Below are positions 8,367 through 19,111 of a stretch of 64,000 nt of DNA, one piece after another. Every line of letters begins with the position of its first letter. Position 1 is the first letter of the stretch. The stretch is taken from contig CAVOXA010000010.1 of the NCBI GenBank assembly GCA_963700285.1, positions 2,048,001 to 2,112,000 of the forward strand, written 5' to 3'. The position numbers and the translations under genes were made by a program. The notes under the pieces are model-generated. The model searched no databases. It was not told the origin of the DNA and worked only from the letters and a program-made list of their open reading frames with translations. The stretch is from an uncultured Chloroflexia bacterium. GTDB lineage: Bacteria > Chloroflexota > Anaerolineae > JAAYZQ01.

Positions 8367-11300
8367 ATGACCAAACCATTGTCCTTCCAGGACGTTGTCA
8401 TGCGTCTGGACCGGTATTGGGCCGACCATGGTTGCCTGATCTGGCAGCCCTATAGCGAAAAGCTTGGCGCCGGCACTGCCAACCCGGCGACTACCCTCCG
8501 TGTCCTGGGTCCCGAGCCGTGGAACGTGGGCTATGTGGAGCCCTCCTTCCGGCCCGACGATGGCCGCTACGCCGAGAACCCCAACCGCATGCAGATGCAC
8601 ACTCAGTATCAGGTTATCCTCAAACCGGATCCGGGCAATCCCCAGGAGCTCTATCTGGGCAGTTTGGAGGCCATTGGCATTGACATGCGCGAGCATGACG
8701 TGCGCTTTGTAGAGGACAACTGGGAAAGCCCGGCCCTCGGTTCGTGGGGCCTTGGCTGGGAAGTATGGCTCGACGGCCAGGAGATTAGCCAGTACACCTA
8801 TTTCCAGCAGGCCGGGGGCCTGATCCTGGACCCTGTCGCCGTGGAACTCACCTACGGGCTCGAACGTATCATCACCCATCTGCAAAAGGTTCGGGCTGTG
8901 TGGGACATTGACTGGGATGGTGTACACACCTATGGCGACGTCTATATGCGGCCCGAAGTGGAGCACTGCATCTACAATTTTGAGCTGGCTGGGATAGATA
9001 GCCTGGCCAAGATGTACAACCTCTATGAGCGTGAAGCCAAGGCCTGCATGGAACGGGGCCTGGTCATCCCCGCCTACGATTACATTCAACGTTGCTCTCA
9101 CACATTCAACATCCTGGACGCGCGAGGGGCCATTGGCGTCACCGAGCGGGCCTCCTACTTTGGCCGCATGCGGGACCTGAGCCGGCAGGTGGCTCGCATC
9201 TATCTGGAGCAGCGCGAGGAGATGGGCTACCCATTCCTGAAGCATCAAGCTGAAAGCTCCAATCGTCGAGCGGAGTCGTCGGGAGGATCCCAAGCTCCAG
9301 ACTCCAATCTCCGGTCTGCAACTCTCCTCCTCGAGATCGGGACCGAGGAGCTGCCGGTGGGCGACCTGGCGTCAGCCCTGGAACAACTGGAGGCATCGGT
9401 CCCGCGGCTGTTGCAGGCGGCTCGACTGGGCTATAGCTCGCTGAAGGTTGTTGGCACGCCCCGGCGCCAGGCGGTCCTGGTCCACAGTCTGCAGCCCAGG
9501 CAGCCGGACCGCACGCTTGAAGTTCAGGGACCGCCGGCCAAGGTTGCCTTTGACCCGGAGGGCAATCCAACCCGGGCTGCCGAGGGCTTTGCGCGCAAGC
9601 AGGGCCTGCCGGTAGAAGCCCTGCGTGTGGTCACCGAGGGCGACAGAGCATACGTCGTCGCCACCAAAACCGAGGCCCGCCGTTCCGCTGCCGAGGTGCT
9701 GGCCGAGGCACTGCCTGGGCTGCTTGCCGAACTGCGCTTTCCCAGGACCATGCGCTGGAACGAGACGAACGTGAGTTTCCCCCGCCCATTGCGCTGGCTG
9801 GTGGCTCTGCTGGGTGAGCAAGTGATCCCCTTTTCCTACGCCGGCGTGGCCAGTGGGCGAACGACACAAGGCATGCGTCCTTTGGGTTCACCCGATATTG
9901 AACTGGCCCGCGCCGGTGACTATCTGGCGACCATGGCCGGTCACCACATCGTCATCGACCTGGCCGAACGACGCGAACAGGTCCGCGCCCAGGCCGAAGC
10001 ATTGGCCGCCACGGTAGACGGGCGCATTCCCGATGACCTCGATCTCTTGGAAGAGGTTACCAACCTGATCGAGCGCCCGACCGCTCTCCTAGGTCGCTTT
10101 GAGTCTGAGTACCTCGCTTTGCCAAAGGAAGTCCTGGTCACTGTCATGAAAAAGCACCAGCGCTACTTCCCCGTGGTCCGTAACGCCCCAGAGGAAGCAA
10201 AGGCTGGTGATGACCACTTGCTGCCCTACTTTGTCGCTGTCCGGAATGGCGACGACCTGCACCTGGACGTGGTCCGTGAAGGGAACGAAGACGTCCTCCG
10301 CGCCCGGTTTTCCGACGCCAAGTTCTTCTACGACAACGATACGCGCCAGCCTCTAGAGGCTTTTCTGCCCCGTCTCGATACCCTCGCCTTCCAGGAGAAA
10401 CTGGGCTCCATGCTGGACAAAAGCAAGCGCCTGGAGAAGCTGGTATCGAATGTGGGCCGGGCGCTGGGTCTGGACAGCGAGGAGCAGGCCTATACCCAAC
10501 GTGCTGCCCACCTGTGCAAGGCTGACCTGGCCACCCAATTGGTCGTGGAACTGACCAGTCTGCAGGGGATCATGGGTCGAGCGTATGCCCTTCTCTCAGG
10601 TGAGCAAGAGGCAGTCGCGACGGCCATCTTCGAACACTACCTGCCCCGCTCAGCCAGTGATGCGCTGCCGGAGACAAAGTCGGGCCTGGTCTTGGGTCTG
10701 GCGAACCGGTTGGACAGTCTGGTTGGCTTCTTTGCTGTAGGGCTCGCACCTACGGGATCGGCGGATCCGTACCATATGCGCCGTGATGCCCTGGGTGTGG
10801 TCCAGAGCCTCATCGCCCACCATAGCACCTTGTCGCTGCGCCCGTTGCTGGCCAATGCTGCGGTGTTGATGCCCGTGACTGTCTCGGACACAGTACTGGA
10901 GGACGTGGCAGCCTTTATTGCCGAGCGGTTGCGGGGGTGGCTCCGGGATCAGGGTTTCCACTACGATGTCGTGGATGCGGTCCTGGCCCAGCGAAGCGAC
11001 GACCCTTATGGCGCCTACAGCAGCGCTGTCCAGTTGGAGGCCTGGGTAGCGCGCGACGACTGGGCGGATATCCTCAATGCCTACGGTCGCTGCATTCGCA
11101 TTGTGCGAGACCAGGCTGATCGCTTTCAGGTCCAGCCTGGCGTGGACTCTGAACCGGCTGTGGCAGCGTTGTGGGAGGCTTACCAGATGTCACGGGCGCA
11201 GGTCACGCCGGATAGCGACGTCGATCACCTCTTCACCGCCATCCGGCCCATGATCCCAGCTATCACCCGCTTTTTTGATGACGTACTCGTCATGCATGAG

Positions 11301-11396
11301 GATCAAAGCCTGCGGGAGAGCCGGCTGGGCTTGCTGCAGGACATCTGGGGTCTCAGCCTGGGCATCGTGGACGTGACGCGGCTGGAGGGTTTCTAG
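8367..11396 (+). CDS. glyQS: Glycine--tRNA ligase, fused alpha and beta subunits
   Basis: Alpha motifs [19 protein letters not shown] and [18 protein letters not shown]; beta motifs [23 protein letters not shown] and PTGSADPY. Confidence 0.96.
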   Translation: MTKPLSFQDVVMRLDRYWADHGCLIWQPYSEKLGAGTANPATTLRVLGPEPWNVGYVEPSFRPDDGRYAENPNRMQMHTQYQVILKPDPGNPQELYLGSLEAIGIDMREHDVRFVEDNWESPALGSWGLGWEVWLDGQEISQYTYFQQAGGLILDPVAVELTYGLERIITHLQKVRAVWDIDWDGVHTYGDVYMRPEVEHCIYNFELAGIDSLAKMYNLYEREAKACMERGLVIPAYDYIQRCSHTFNILDARGAIGVTERASYFGRMRDLSRQVARIYLEQREEMGYPFLKHQAESSNRRAESSGGSQAPDSNLRSATLLLEIGTEELPVGDLASALEQLEASVPRLLQAARLGYSSLKVVGTPRRQAVLVHSLQPRQPDRTLEVQGPPAKVAFDPEGNPTRAAEGFARKQGLPVEALRVVTEGDRAYVVATKTEARRSAAEVLAEALPGLLAELRFPRTMRWNETNVSFPRPLRWLVALLGEQVIPFSYAGVASGRTTQGMRPLGSPDIELARAGDYLATMAGHHIVIDLAERREQVRAQAEALAATVDGRIPDDLDLLEEVTNLIERPTALLGRFESEYLALPKEVLVTVMKKHQRYFPVVRNAPEEAKAGDDHLLPYFVAVRNGDDLHLDVVREGNEDVLRARFSDAKFFYDNDTRQPLEAFLPRLDTLAFQEKLGSMLDKSKRLEKLVSNVGRALGLDSEEQAYTQRAAHLCKADLATQLVVELTSLQGIMGRAYALLSGEQEAVATAIFEHYLPRSASDALPETKSGLVLGLANRLDSLVGFFAVGLAPTGSADPYHMRRDALGVVQSLIAHHSTLSLRPLLANAAVLMPVTVSDTVLEDVAAFIAERLRGWLRDQGFHYDVVDAVLAQRSDDPYGAYSSAVQLEAWVARDDWADILNAYGRCIRIVRDQADRFQVQPGVDSEPAVAALWEAYQMSRAQVTPDSDVDHLFTAIRPMIPAITRFFDDVLVMHEDQSLRESRLGLLQDIWGLSLGIVDVTRLEGF

Positions 11397-11449
11397 TCGA
11401 CCTACGCGTGAACGACAATGGCTGAGGATTATGCGCTGGGGATTGTACC

Positions 11450-12652
11450 TTGAAGATTGTGATGATTGGCCCCTTTGCTTTCAAACCCAAGGGTACCGTC
11501 AGCGTCCGGGCCTTCTTTATGGCCCGGGCGTTGGTGAAGCGCGGTCACAACGTGACCATCCTGATGGCGCCCTACGACAACCTGGCCGATTCGGGGCGGG
11601 CGTGGGTGCAAGAAGGGGTCCGCCTGGAGAACATGCGCTTGAGCCACAACGATACCTGGCAGCAGGTCACCGTGCCGCAGGGCATGGCCCGCCGGGCGGC
11701 TCGCCTCAATCCAGACGTGGTCCACGTTTTCAAACCCATCGGCTACAGTGGTTTGACGGGCGTCTATCTGCGCTGGTTCTCAAAGAAGACACTGGTGCTG
11801 GATACCGACGACTGGGAAGGGACGGGCGGCTGGAATGACGTAAATCCCTACCCTGCCCTCTGGAAGCGGCTCTTTGACTGGCAGGAGCGGTGGCTGGCCC
11901 GGCACGCCGGCGCAGTTACGGTGGCCAGTCGTACGCTACAGACTCAGGTGTGGGGCTTTGGGGTAGAGCCAGCGAGGGTGGTCTACCTGCCCAACGGCCC
12001 AGATGCCCGCTTGCGGGGACAGGTGGTGAGCGACGAGGAAAAGGCCGATCTCCGGACCCGAGTGGGCGTGAGGGATGCTCCTTTTGCTCTCTATCTGGGC
12101 CACATTCCCCACGGTAACGACCTGGACCTGGCCTTGGATGCGCTGGCCCTTATCAGCGGCCAGCTGCCAGAAGCACGATTGGTGGTTGCCGGGGTAGGAG
12201 ATGGCTTGCCCGAATTGCAGGCTCAGGCCCAGAAGTTGGGCGTGGCCGATCGTGTCTTCTTCCCCGGCTGGGTCGAGCCCGAACTGGTTCCGGTCTACCT
12301 GGCCGCCGCCGATGCGGCCATCAACCCCTACCGCGATACGCTCATCAACCGGGCCAAGTGCGCTGGCAAAGTAGTCGCGGCCATGGCTATGGGCAAAGCC
12401 GTCGTCACCAGCCGGTTGGGAGAGAGCCTGGCCTACATCGAAGACGGGCGATCCGGATTACTCACCACACCAGGCGATTCCGCAGACCTGGCGCAGGCGC
12501 TCCTGACCATGCTGTCGGACCGGACCAGGGCCGCTGATCTGGGTCGCAACGCGCGGGAACGCATCTGGGCTGAATTTGACTGGGATACCCGCATCGGCGA
12601 GGTGGAGCGGGCCTATCAGATCGCTCTAGGCCTGTGGAAGGGGGATTCTTGA
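11450..12652 (+). CDS. GT4 family glycosyltransferase
   Basis: GT-B fold motifs (ARALVKRGHNVTIL, VVYLPNG, AMAMGKAVVTS, IEDGRSGLL). Confidence 0.88.
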   Translation: MKIVMIGPFAFKPKGTVSVRAFFMARALVKRGHNVTILMAPYDNLADSGRAWVQEGVRLENMRLSHNDTWQQVTVPQGMARRAARLNPDVVHVFKPIGYSGLTGVYLRWFSKKTLVLDTDDWEGTGGWNDVNPYPALWKRLFDWQERWLARHAGAVTVASRTLQTQVWGFGVEPARVVYLPNGPDARLRGQVVSDEEKADLRTRVGVRDAPFALYLGHIPHGNDLDLALDALALISGQLPEARLVVAGVGDGLPELQAQAQKLGVADRVFFPGWVEPELVPVYLAAADAAINPYRDTLINRAKCAGKVVAAMAMGKAVVTSRLGESLAYIEDGRSGLLTTPGDSADLAQALLTMLSDRTRAADLGRNARERIWAEFDWDTRIGEVERAYQIALGLWKGDS

Positions 12653-13038
12653 CGGTCCGGCATTGGCTTCGCCAGCATCCGGTGTTCTACTTGTGGCTGC
12701 CGTTGGTGGCCTGGATGGGCCTGATGTTTTTTCTTTCAGCGCAACCTGACTTTCCGCATCCTGAGGTCGACTGGCTGGAAGACCTCATCGGCATTGGGGC
12801 GCACATGTTTCTGTTTGGCGTGCTGGCAGTGCTGTGGGCCCGGGCGCTGCAGGACCGACGCAGGACCCTGCTTCTTGCTTTCCTACTCACGATGCTCTAC
12901 GCCCTGCTGGATGAGTTTCACCAGTCCTTTGTTCCGGGACGCACCGCCGATCCGCTGGACCTGGTATACGATGGTCTCGGCGCGGCTCTTGCATTGGGGG
13001 TCTGGACTTGGTTGCAGCATTGGTCGGCCCGCGACTGA
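12649..13038 (+). CDS. VanZ family membrane protein
   Basis: AHMFLFGVL, YALLDEFHQSFVPGR...DL..D motif; TTG start overlaps the upstream stop. Confidence 0.9.
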   Translation: MTVRHWLRQHPVFYLWLPLVAWMGLMFFLSAQPDFPHPEVDWLEDLIGIGAHMFLFGVLAVLWARALQDRRRTLLLAFLLTMLYALLDEFHQSFVPGRTADPLDLVYDGLGAALALGVWTWLQHWSARD

Positions 13039-13069
13039 CCGGCTGGTGCGCCAGGTAAAAGCCCGGCGC

Positions 13070-13853
13070 TCAGAGAAGCAGCGAACTGGCATCGCGGGCC
13101 GCGGGCTGTCCGTTACCCTCTTTCCGCCGGAGCACGATATCGCCAAAAGATCCACCCTGCTGCATTGTCACGCGCAGTTGCTTGACCATCTCCAGCAGCG
13201 CCAGAAGGGTGACAATGATCTCCATGCGGCTGCTTGCCCCCTCGACCAGCCGCAGCAGGCTAACGGAGTGTCCGCCAGCGGTCCTGCGCTCGATGAGTGA
13301 CATCTGGTCCGTAATGGTGATGGTAATGGGTCTGACTGTACCATTAACCGATGGCTCCAGGGGCTTGATGGCCAAGACCTGATGGACAGCAGCCAGCAGA
13401 TCATCCAGCGTGACGTCCTCCAGATCTACGGATCTTCTCCAGGCGGGGCACTGGCGCCAGGCGGATGTAGGAATGGAGGCCCAGCGCTTCGATTTCAGCC
13501 AGCCTGAGGGCTGCTTCCTTGAACCGCTTGTACTCGATGAGCTGGCGGACCAGATCGTCCGCGTCCTCTTCCTCCTCAGATGTGGACGTCAAGGGAGGCT
13601 GGGGCAGCAGGACACGTGACTTGATGAGGAGCAGTTTGGCCGCAACGACCAGGAAATCGGCCAGGTTATCCAGCTGGCGTTCGCCAAACTGAGCCAGATA
13701 GTCCACGTATTGGTTTGTGACCTGAGCCAGGGACACCTCGGTGATATCCAACTCTTCGCGCTCGATGAGGTGCAGCAATAGATCCAGCGGCCCCTCAAAG
13801 ACGGGTAGCTTCACCTGATACGTTGTCGGGCTAGAATCGGCTATGGTCTTCAC
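13070..13853 (-). CDS. scpA: Segregation/condensation protein A, split by a +1 frameshift near 13430
   Basis: FEGPLDLLLHLI, DFLVVAAKLLLIKSRVLLP in ORF 13401-13853; IIVTLLALLEMVKQ...FGDI in ORF 13070-13375. Confidence 0.88.
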
Positions 13854-13908
13854 GGTATATTCCTCAGCGTGCTAGTGTACCACAAGTACCAGGCGGCTGG
13901 CGAATCGG

Positions 13909-16863
13909 CTAGCCCTCAAAGCCCTGGAACCGCTTGCCTTCTGCAACGAGGGCTCTTAGCATTTCTTTCGTCTCGGCCTCGTTTCTGCCGGCGATGCGGT
14001 CCGTTTTGCACCCCTTGCCCCTGAGCCAGTCCTCCACCTTGAGGGAAACGCCCAGCGGTCCTCCGATAATGGTCACATACTCTGCCAAAGAAGCGTGCTC
14101 AGCTGAAAAACCGGCGCTGGGACGGAAGATACCGATATAGTCTTGGGCGTTGAGCCAGTCAGCCCGTGCCCACTGGCCGTCACGGGCCCAGAAGAGCATA
14201 TAGTGTTCCATGGACTTGGCGGCAGGGACTGGGCCGGGATCTGGTTGGCCCTTCTGCTGTACCTGAACGATTTCCTGGCGAAGCATCCGCTTCCAGTTTT
14301 TGCCTTGAAGCCACTGAGTGCCAGGGCATGCCGTACCCATGAGTTCCTTGTGCCCTTTGACTTCGTCCAGATCGACGCTCAGTTCCTGCATCAGCCAGGA
14401 TACGAGGTGCGCCCCGGCGAGCAGCTGCGCCGGCGGTGGAACCTCTTGCTCAAAGTTACCCAGGAAGCAGATCCCTACCCCTCGTGGATTGACCTTGGCC
14501 GCGTGGTATGAGACCGTTTCCACAGGATTGGCCTGGTAGATGATGCCATCCTCTGCGACCAGGAAATGATAACCCACTCCCGGCCAATCAAGCCGGTTCA
14601 CGTGGTAGGCGGCAATTTGCTGTGGGCCGACCGTGGACGGTACCGCGCTGTGGTGGATGACCAGGGTCTCTATGGCGCTTAGGGGTCGGGTCCCATACTT
14701 GTCGGTTTCGTGCGCGTGCAATTTGCCGATCAAGTTCTGGATAGCCGGCTTGCCGATTTCTAGCGGGTCTGCAGCCCCGGACTGCTCAAGCTGGCTCTGA
14801 AGGCTAGCAATCTTGGCTTGCAGGGCGGCAACAAAAGCTGCCAGCTTTTCATCTCCGATCTCTGGAGCCTTGTTCACCTCGGCCTGGATCTGTACCTCTT
14901 TACTACCTGGCGTCTCAACCTGCGCCGAATCGGCAACGAGAGAAACCCAGTCCTCACCGGGACTCTTGATCCCCGTCTCCGTCCTGGCCAACTCCCTCTG
15001 TAGTACCCGGACTTGTGCCTGGAGCGATACGATAAGCTCGGTGAGTCTGTCCATGACCTCGAGGGCAGGGGCTTTGGCAGGGCTCGGCGGCAGCTCCTTT
15101 TCTATGCCTTCGATTTTTGCTTGCAGCGTTTGGATGCGTTTGCTCAACGAGGCGATAAGTGTGGAAGGATTCTCTTTCGCTGCCTCTAGGTACGCTCGCA
15201 CCGAAATGTGGAGTTTGTCCTTCCAACGCTGGTCCCCGAGCCACTGCATGCCAGGTGACTGTGTGTTCACCAGCTCGCTGAGACCCACAATGGTGTCAGT
15301 AGTCAGATGCAAGTGGTCGAGCAGCCAGGCACATAGCTCACCGCCCGCTCGTAACTGGTCGTTTGTGGGAATGCCGTTGGCAAAGTTTCCGGCAAAACAT
15401 ATCCCGACACTGTCCCGGCTATACCCAAAGGCATGGTCCGTGGCAGTCTGCATACTGCATGTCTGCAATATCGTACCAGCGGCAGCGACAAAAAAGTGAT
15501 AGGACATGGCCGGCTTGCCCATCTGTTGCACCTGATACTCGGCCATGCGCTGGGCCGTGATGGTTGGGCTGGTACCAGTATGGTGGATGACGATCCGATT
15601 GATATCCGAGAGCGCCCGGGTAGGATACTGTTTGTCGGCATGCACTGGCAGCTCGTCCACAATGTCTTTGACGAGTGGTTTGACCACGCTGGCACCAGAC
15701 ACCGCCCGCGCCCTCAGCTCTTTGATCTGACCGTCCAGCCGTGCTAACTTTTCCCGCGAGTTCCAGGCTTCCGTACCCACTGGCTGCAATTCTATCTCGC
15801 CTGGTTGGGATTCTCTGAGCGCTATCCGTTGGAAGTACTGGGTCGGTACACCATCTTCTTGGATCTGCTCGGTGATGGGATAGCCGCAGATGGCCAGACC
15901 GTACTTTTCAAAAAACTTGAGAAAGCTGCCCCGCACGGTTCTTCCAGTTTGAGGGAACCTGCGTTCTGTGGTCGCGGGTGGCTGGGGCTCTGGCATAGGT
16001 TTGGGTACCGGTGGGGGCGCTGGTATTTCCACTGCATTGCGGGGCATGTCGCGTATGGCCTGGACAACGGGCAGCATCTCTCCACTCTCCTTCATCCATA
16101 CGAACAGGGCCCAAGCCGGATCTGGCGATGAGGCGATGAAGGCACTGGCCGAACCCAGATAAGGGTACTTGTTCAACGCTTGATAGTACTGCGCGTACTG
16201 TTGTGCGATCTGTTCACGGGGTAAATTCGGGGTCGAATTACCAAACTCGGTGATCTCGATGGGCATGTTGGGAAAGCGCTCGTGATATCGCTTGAAACGA
16301 AGGCCCCAATCATCATTCATCATATTGCCATATTGCCAGTAGGTGTGACAGCCCAGCCAAGCTGACGCAAGGATCTCCTTGCGGCAGATGTCCAGCCAGG
16401 CTAGATCACGGTGCGGGTGATTTGGGGCCAAGCCGGGGAAGCCGAATCTGGCCCAGGGACAGGCCTTCTTGAGTGCCGACAGTACTTTCGCGTACCAGTC
16501 TCGGAACGCGAGGGCGTGTGCGTCGCTAGATCCCCAGCCCTCAATGCCTTCCACGTGGTTGGGTTCATTGTGGATCTCGAATTTGGTCGCGTATGGTTTC
16601 AGACGGTTGATGATGGGCGCCATCTTGGCCACAAAAACAGCGGGGGTAGGATACGAGTCGCGGTGGATGCGGTCGTCATAGAGCCTGACGATGAATTCAA
16701 TGCCGTCGTTCTCCCGGCGTAGCCGCTCAAAGACGCCGACGTCGGTGAATGACATCATCTTTATGGTCTCGATGCGCGCTGTATGTACCAGGGCATAGTC
16801 GGGTTCCGTCAAGTGCACGTGGTTTCGGGCATGAAGCCCAACCCGAGTTCTGTGTTTCGCCAT
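13909..16863 (-). CDS. Multidomain cell-wall hydrolase: GH-A-like domain, LGFP-like repeat and two Amidase_2 domains
   Basis: EIHNEPN...ITEFG; RFPQTG...GYPITE...QYFQR; two IHH(T/S)...YHF...GICFxGNF blocks; GGAGG RBS. Confidence 0.85.
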   Translation of the reverse strand: MAKHRTRVGLHARNHVHLTEPDYALVHTARIETIKMMSFTDVGVFERLRRENDGIEFIVRLYDDRIHRDSYPTPAVFVAKMAPIINRLKPYATKFEIHNEPNHVEGIEGWGSSDAHALAFRDWYAKVLSALKKACPWARFGFPGLAPNHPHRDLAWLDICRKEILASAWLGCHTYWQYGNMMNDDWGLRFKRYHERFPNMPIEITEFGNSTPNLPREQIAQQYAQYYQALNKYPYLGSASAFIASSPDPAWALFVWMKESGEMLPVVQAIRDMPRNAVEIPAPPPVPKPMPEPQPPATTERRFPQTGRTVRGSFLKFFEKYGLAICGYPITEQIQEDGVPTQYFQRIALRESQPGEIELQPVGTEAWNSREKLARLDGQIKELRARAVSGASVVKPLVKDIVDELPVHADKQYPTRALSDINRIVIHHTGTSPTITAQRMAEYQVQQMGKPAMSYHFFVAAAGTILQTCSMQTATDHAFGYSRDSVGICFAGNFANGIPTNDQLRAGGELCAWLLDHLHLTTDTIVGLSELVNTQSPGMQWLGDQRWKDKLHISVRAYLEAAKENPSTLIASLSKRIQTLQAKIEGIEKELPPSPAKAPALEVMDRLTELIVSLQAQVRVLQRELARTETGIKSPGEDWVSLVADSAQVETPGSKEVQIQAEVNKAPEIGDEKLAAFVAALQAKIASLQSQLEQSGAADPLEIGKPAIQNLIGKLHAHETDKYGTRPLSAIETLVIHHSAVPSTVGPQQIAAYHVNRLDWPGVGYHFLVAEDGIIYQANPVETVSYHAAKVNPRGVGICFLGNFEQEVPPPAQLLAGAHLVSWLMQELSVDLDEVKGHKELMGTACPGTQWLQGKNWKRMLRQEIVQVQQKGQPDPGPVPAAKSMEHYMLFWARDGQWARADWLNAQDYIGIFRPSAGFSAEHASLAEYVTIIGGPLGVSLKVEDWLRGKGCKTDRIAGRNEAETKEMLRALVAEGKRFQGFEG

Positions 16864-17215
16864 CTTTATGCCTCCCTCCTGCACCTCGTCCAGGGCGAGA
16901 ACGTATAGAGCATATCACAAAATCGCAAAAATGTCTAGTTAAGAGGTGAATAGTTCATTATTATTTAGATTCTTTAGATTATGCCAAGTGACTCCTGTCG
17001 TGCTGAGGCGAGATGGGCTCTTCCTGATGGACTACCGGAGCGAAATGTGTTCCTGCCATTCAAACAGAACCGGACTGGGTCGTGGAGGCTGAACCTGCAA
17101 CCCTGATTGTGGAACGGCGTATAGAAACCGACGACAACGAGTTTGTAGTAGTCTCAATACCGTCGCCAGATCGAGCATCTGATGCGACCTACCAAGGGCA
17201 TTTGGAGGAGGTACT

Positions 17216-17875
17216 GTGATGTCGGAATATGAGTATGACGCTGTGGAGGTAGCAGGAGTGAGCGAGGGGGAGTTGGGAACCCAGACCAGAAAGCTAGATC
17301 CGGGGGCGGAGGCGCCTCAGCCCAGGGCCAGACGCGCTGAGACCAAAAAACTGGCTCCAGAGCCGGAGGTAATGTCTCCGGCAGTGGCCCCGTCGCCTCA
17401 CCTGGGCCTGACCCGTGAGGAATTGACCTGGGCTGCTCTGGCCCACGCCAGCATTTTGATTACTCTGCTCTTGGGGCTGGCTTCTGGTGGGATAGCTGCC
17501 ATTCTGGGGCCTATCGTCCCGGCCATCATCTGGTACGTCTACCGTGACAAGTCGGACTATGTGGCCGACCAGGCACGGCAGGCGACCATCTATCAATTGG
17601 CGGGTTTTGTTGCTCTGCTGGCCCTGGCCATCGCCGGCGCTGTCCTGATTGCCGTCGGCTGGGCGGTGAGCGCGGTTTTGGTGGTGGTGCTCGTGGGTTT
17701 GCTCCTGCTGCCCATCATGCTGATCGTGACGCTGGTGTGGGTCGTGGCTATTGTGGCCTTGCCCATCGTGTTGGTGGTCTATGGCTGCTACGCCGCCTTC
17801 GAAGCCTACTATGGCCGCCCATTCCGCTACTACTGGGTTGCGGAAATGATCGACCGCTACCAGGCTCAATCGTAG
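17216..17875 (+). CDS. DUF4870-like membrane protein
   Basis: WAALAHAS...PAIIW...KSDYVADQARQA...GRPFRY; GGAGG RBS. Confidence 0.82.
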   Translation: MMSEYEYDAVEVAGVSEGELGTQTRKLDPGAEAPQPRARRAETKKLAPEPEVMSPAVAPSPHLGLTREELTWAALAHASILITLLLGLASGGIAAILGPIVPAIIWYVYRDKSDYVADQARQATIYQLAGFVALLALAIAGAVLIAVGWAVSAVLVVVLVGLLLLPIMLIVTLVWVVAIVALPIVLVVYGCYAAFEAYYGRPFRYYWVAEMIDRYQAQS

Positions 17876-17921
17876 GCCCTGGCCTGCGGGGCGCTCAGGA
17901 TTCATTCTGAGCCTCCATGCA

Positions 17922-17966
17922 GCAATCGCCCCCCGCCTCTCGCTGGGTGGGGGGCGATTGTCTTTT
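17922..17966. terminator. Terminator between convergent genes
   Basis: CAATCGCCCCC...GGGGGCGATTG followed by TCTTTT. Confidence 0.75.
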
Positions 17967-17991
17967 CGTCCATGGTTTCAGCTACTTGAAA

Positions 17992-18282
17992 CTAGCCTCC
18001 CGCGACCGGCAGGAAGAGAAACACCCGATCCCCATCGCGCAACTGGACGTCGTCTGCCTGTTCAAAGGGAACAGGCCCGGCATTGACAAACAACGAATAG
18101 AGTACCTGATCCAATGGTTGACGCAGCCCCTTGCCTTGCAAGCCTGCCTCAAAGTCGGGATAGCGGGCACGCAGCTCGTCGAGCACATCCGCGGCTGTTG
18201 TACCCATGGGCATCGTGAGATACATTTTGTTTTCGCCCACAACTTGCGATAGAGGCGCTCCCAGTTTGACGGTGATCTTCAC
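17992..18282 (-). CDS. MoaD/ThiS ubiquitin-like sulfur-carrier protein
   Basis: 96 aa; LFVNA...LRDGDRVFLFLPVAGG C-terminal di-Gly. Confidence 0.92.
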   Translation of the reverse strand: MKITVKLGAPLSQVVGENKMYLTMPMGTTAADVLDELRARYPDFEAGLQGKGLRQPLDQVLYSLFVNAGPVPFEQADDVQLRDGDRVFLFLPVAGG

Positions 18283-19004
18283 TTGGCGGTGTCCCCCCTT
18301 TGGCTAGTGCCAGAACCTGAGGGCTTGGGTAGGATGCCCCCCCGCCGGGCCACTTGGGCTCGGACGGACGACAAGCAATCATCAACTCCCCCTGTCACCG
18401 TTTCTGGACTGAGTCGCAACGCTTCCGGCGTTGAGGTCTGCGACTTGACGCTGGCTACTTCGACGGCCACTATGCCATTGCGGCAAGGCACCGCCAGCTC
18501 GGCGATATACTCGATGCCGGACTCGTGCACGGGGTAGCAGCGCTCTGGGGCAAGGCCCGATTCCCGCAGGGCATGGTACAGGCGATCTACGAACTCCCCT
18601 CCCTCTGCATAGAGGTCGTTGATCTCCTCTGCTGCCTGGAACCGGTCCCAGGTAGTATAGATGAACGCGATGCGCCGCCATCGCTGGCTGGGGATGGGCG
18701 GAACCCGCCTCTGGAGCGGGCCCAACTGGAGCTTGTAGTAGGGCTCGGCGGCGCGGGGGTGATCCGGTTCGTGAGGCAGTAGCTCGCGACGGGTGAGCAA
18801 TTCGTGGCCGAGGTTGCGCGCGTAGTGATGGATGGCCCATTTTTCCTGGCCAAAGCCTGCTGTAAAGTAAAAGGCCACGTACTCGAAAAAGGCGCCACGC
18901 CCAGCTTTGCTCTCAGGCAGGCGGTACCATCTTTGGTCGCGGGCGATCTCAAAGTCATCCGGGCGGTTCATCACTGCAACAAGAACCCTGTCTTCTGGGT
19001 ACAT
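18279..19004 (-). CDS. Hypothetical protein: PUA/EVE-like N-terminus and degenerate DUF559/Vsr-like C-terminus
   Basis: VLVAVMN..DFEIARDQRWYRLP...YVAFY...AIHHYA...YYKLQLGPL; 4-bp overlap with the MoaD-like gene. Confidence 0.65.
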   Translation of the reverse strand: MYPEDRVLVAVMNRPDDFEIARDQRWYRLPESKAGRGAFFEYVAFYFTAGFGQEKWAIHHYARNLGHELLTRRELLPHEPDHPRAAEPYYKLQLGPLQRRVPPIPSQRWRRIAFIYTTWDRFQAAEEINDLYAEGGEFVDRLYHALRESGLAPERCYPVHESGIEYIAELAVPCRNGIVAVEVASVKSQTSTPEALRLSPETVTGGVDDCLSSVRAQVARRGGILPKPSGSGTSQRGDTAK

Positions 19005-19111
19005 TTGTAGATCCGCCTTCAGGTCGGGTGAACTGTCAACAGAAGCTCTCCGGCAGTCCGCTGCGCCTGCCCAATCTTGGCTGGGTATCCAACGCGATCG
19101 GGATTTGCTGT

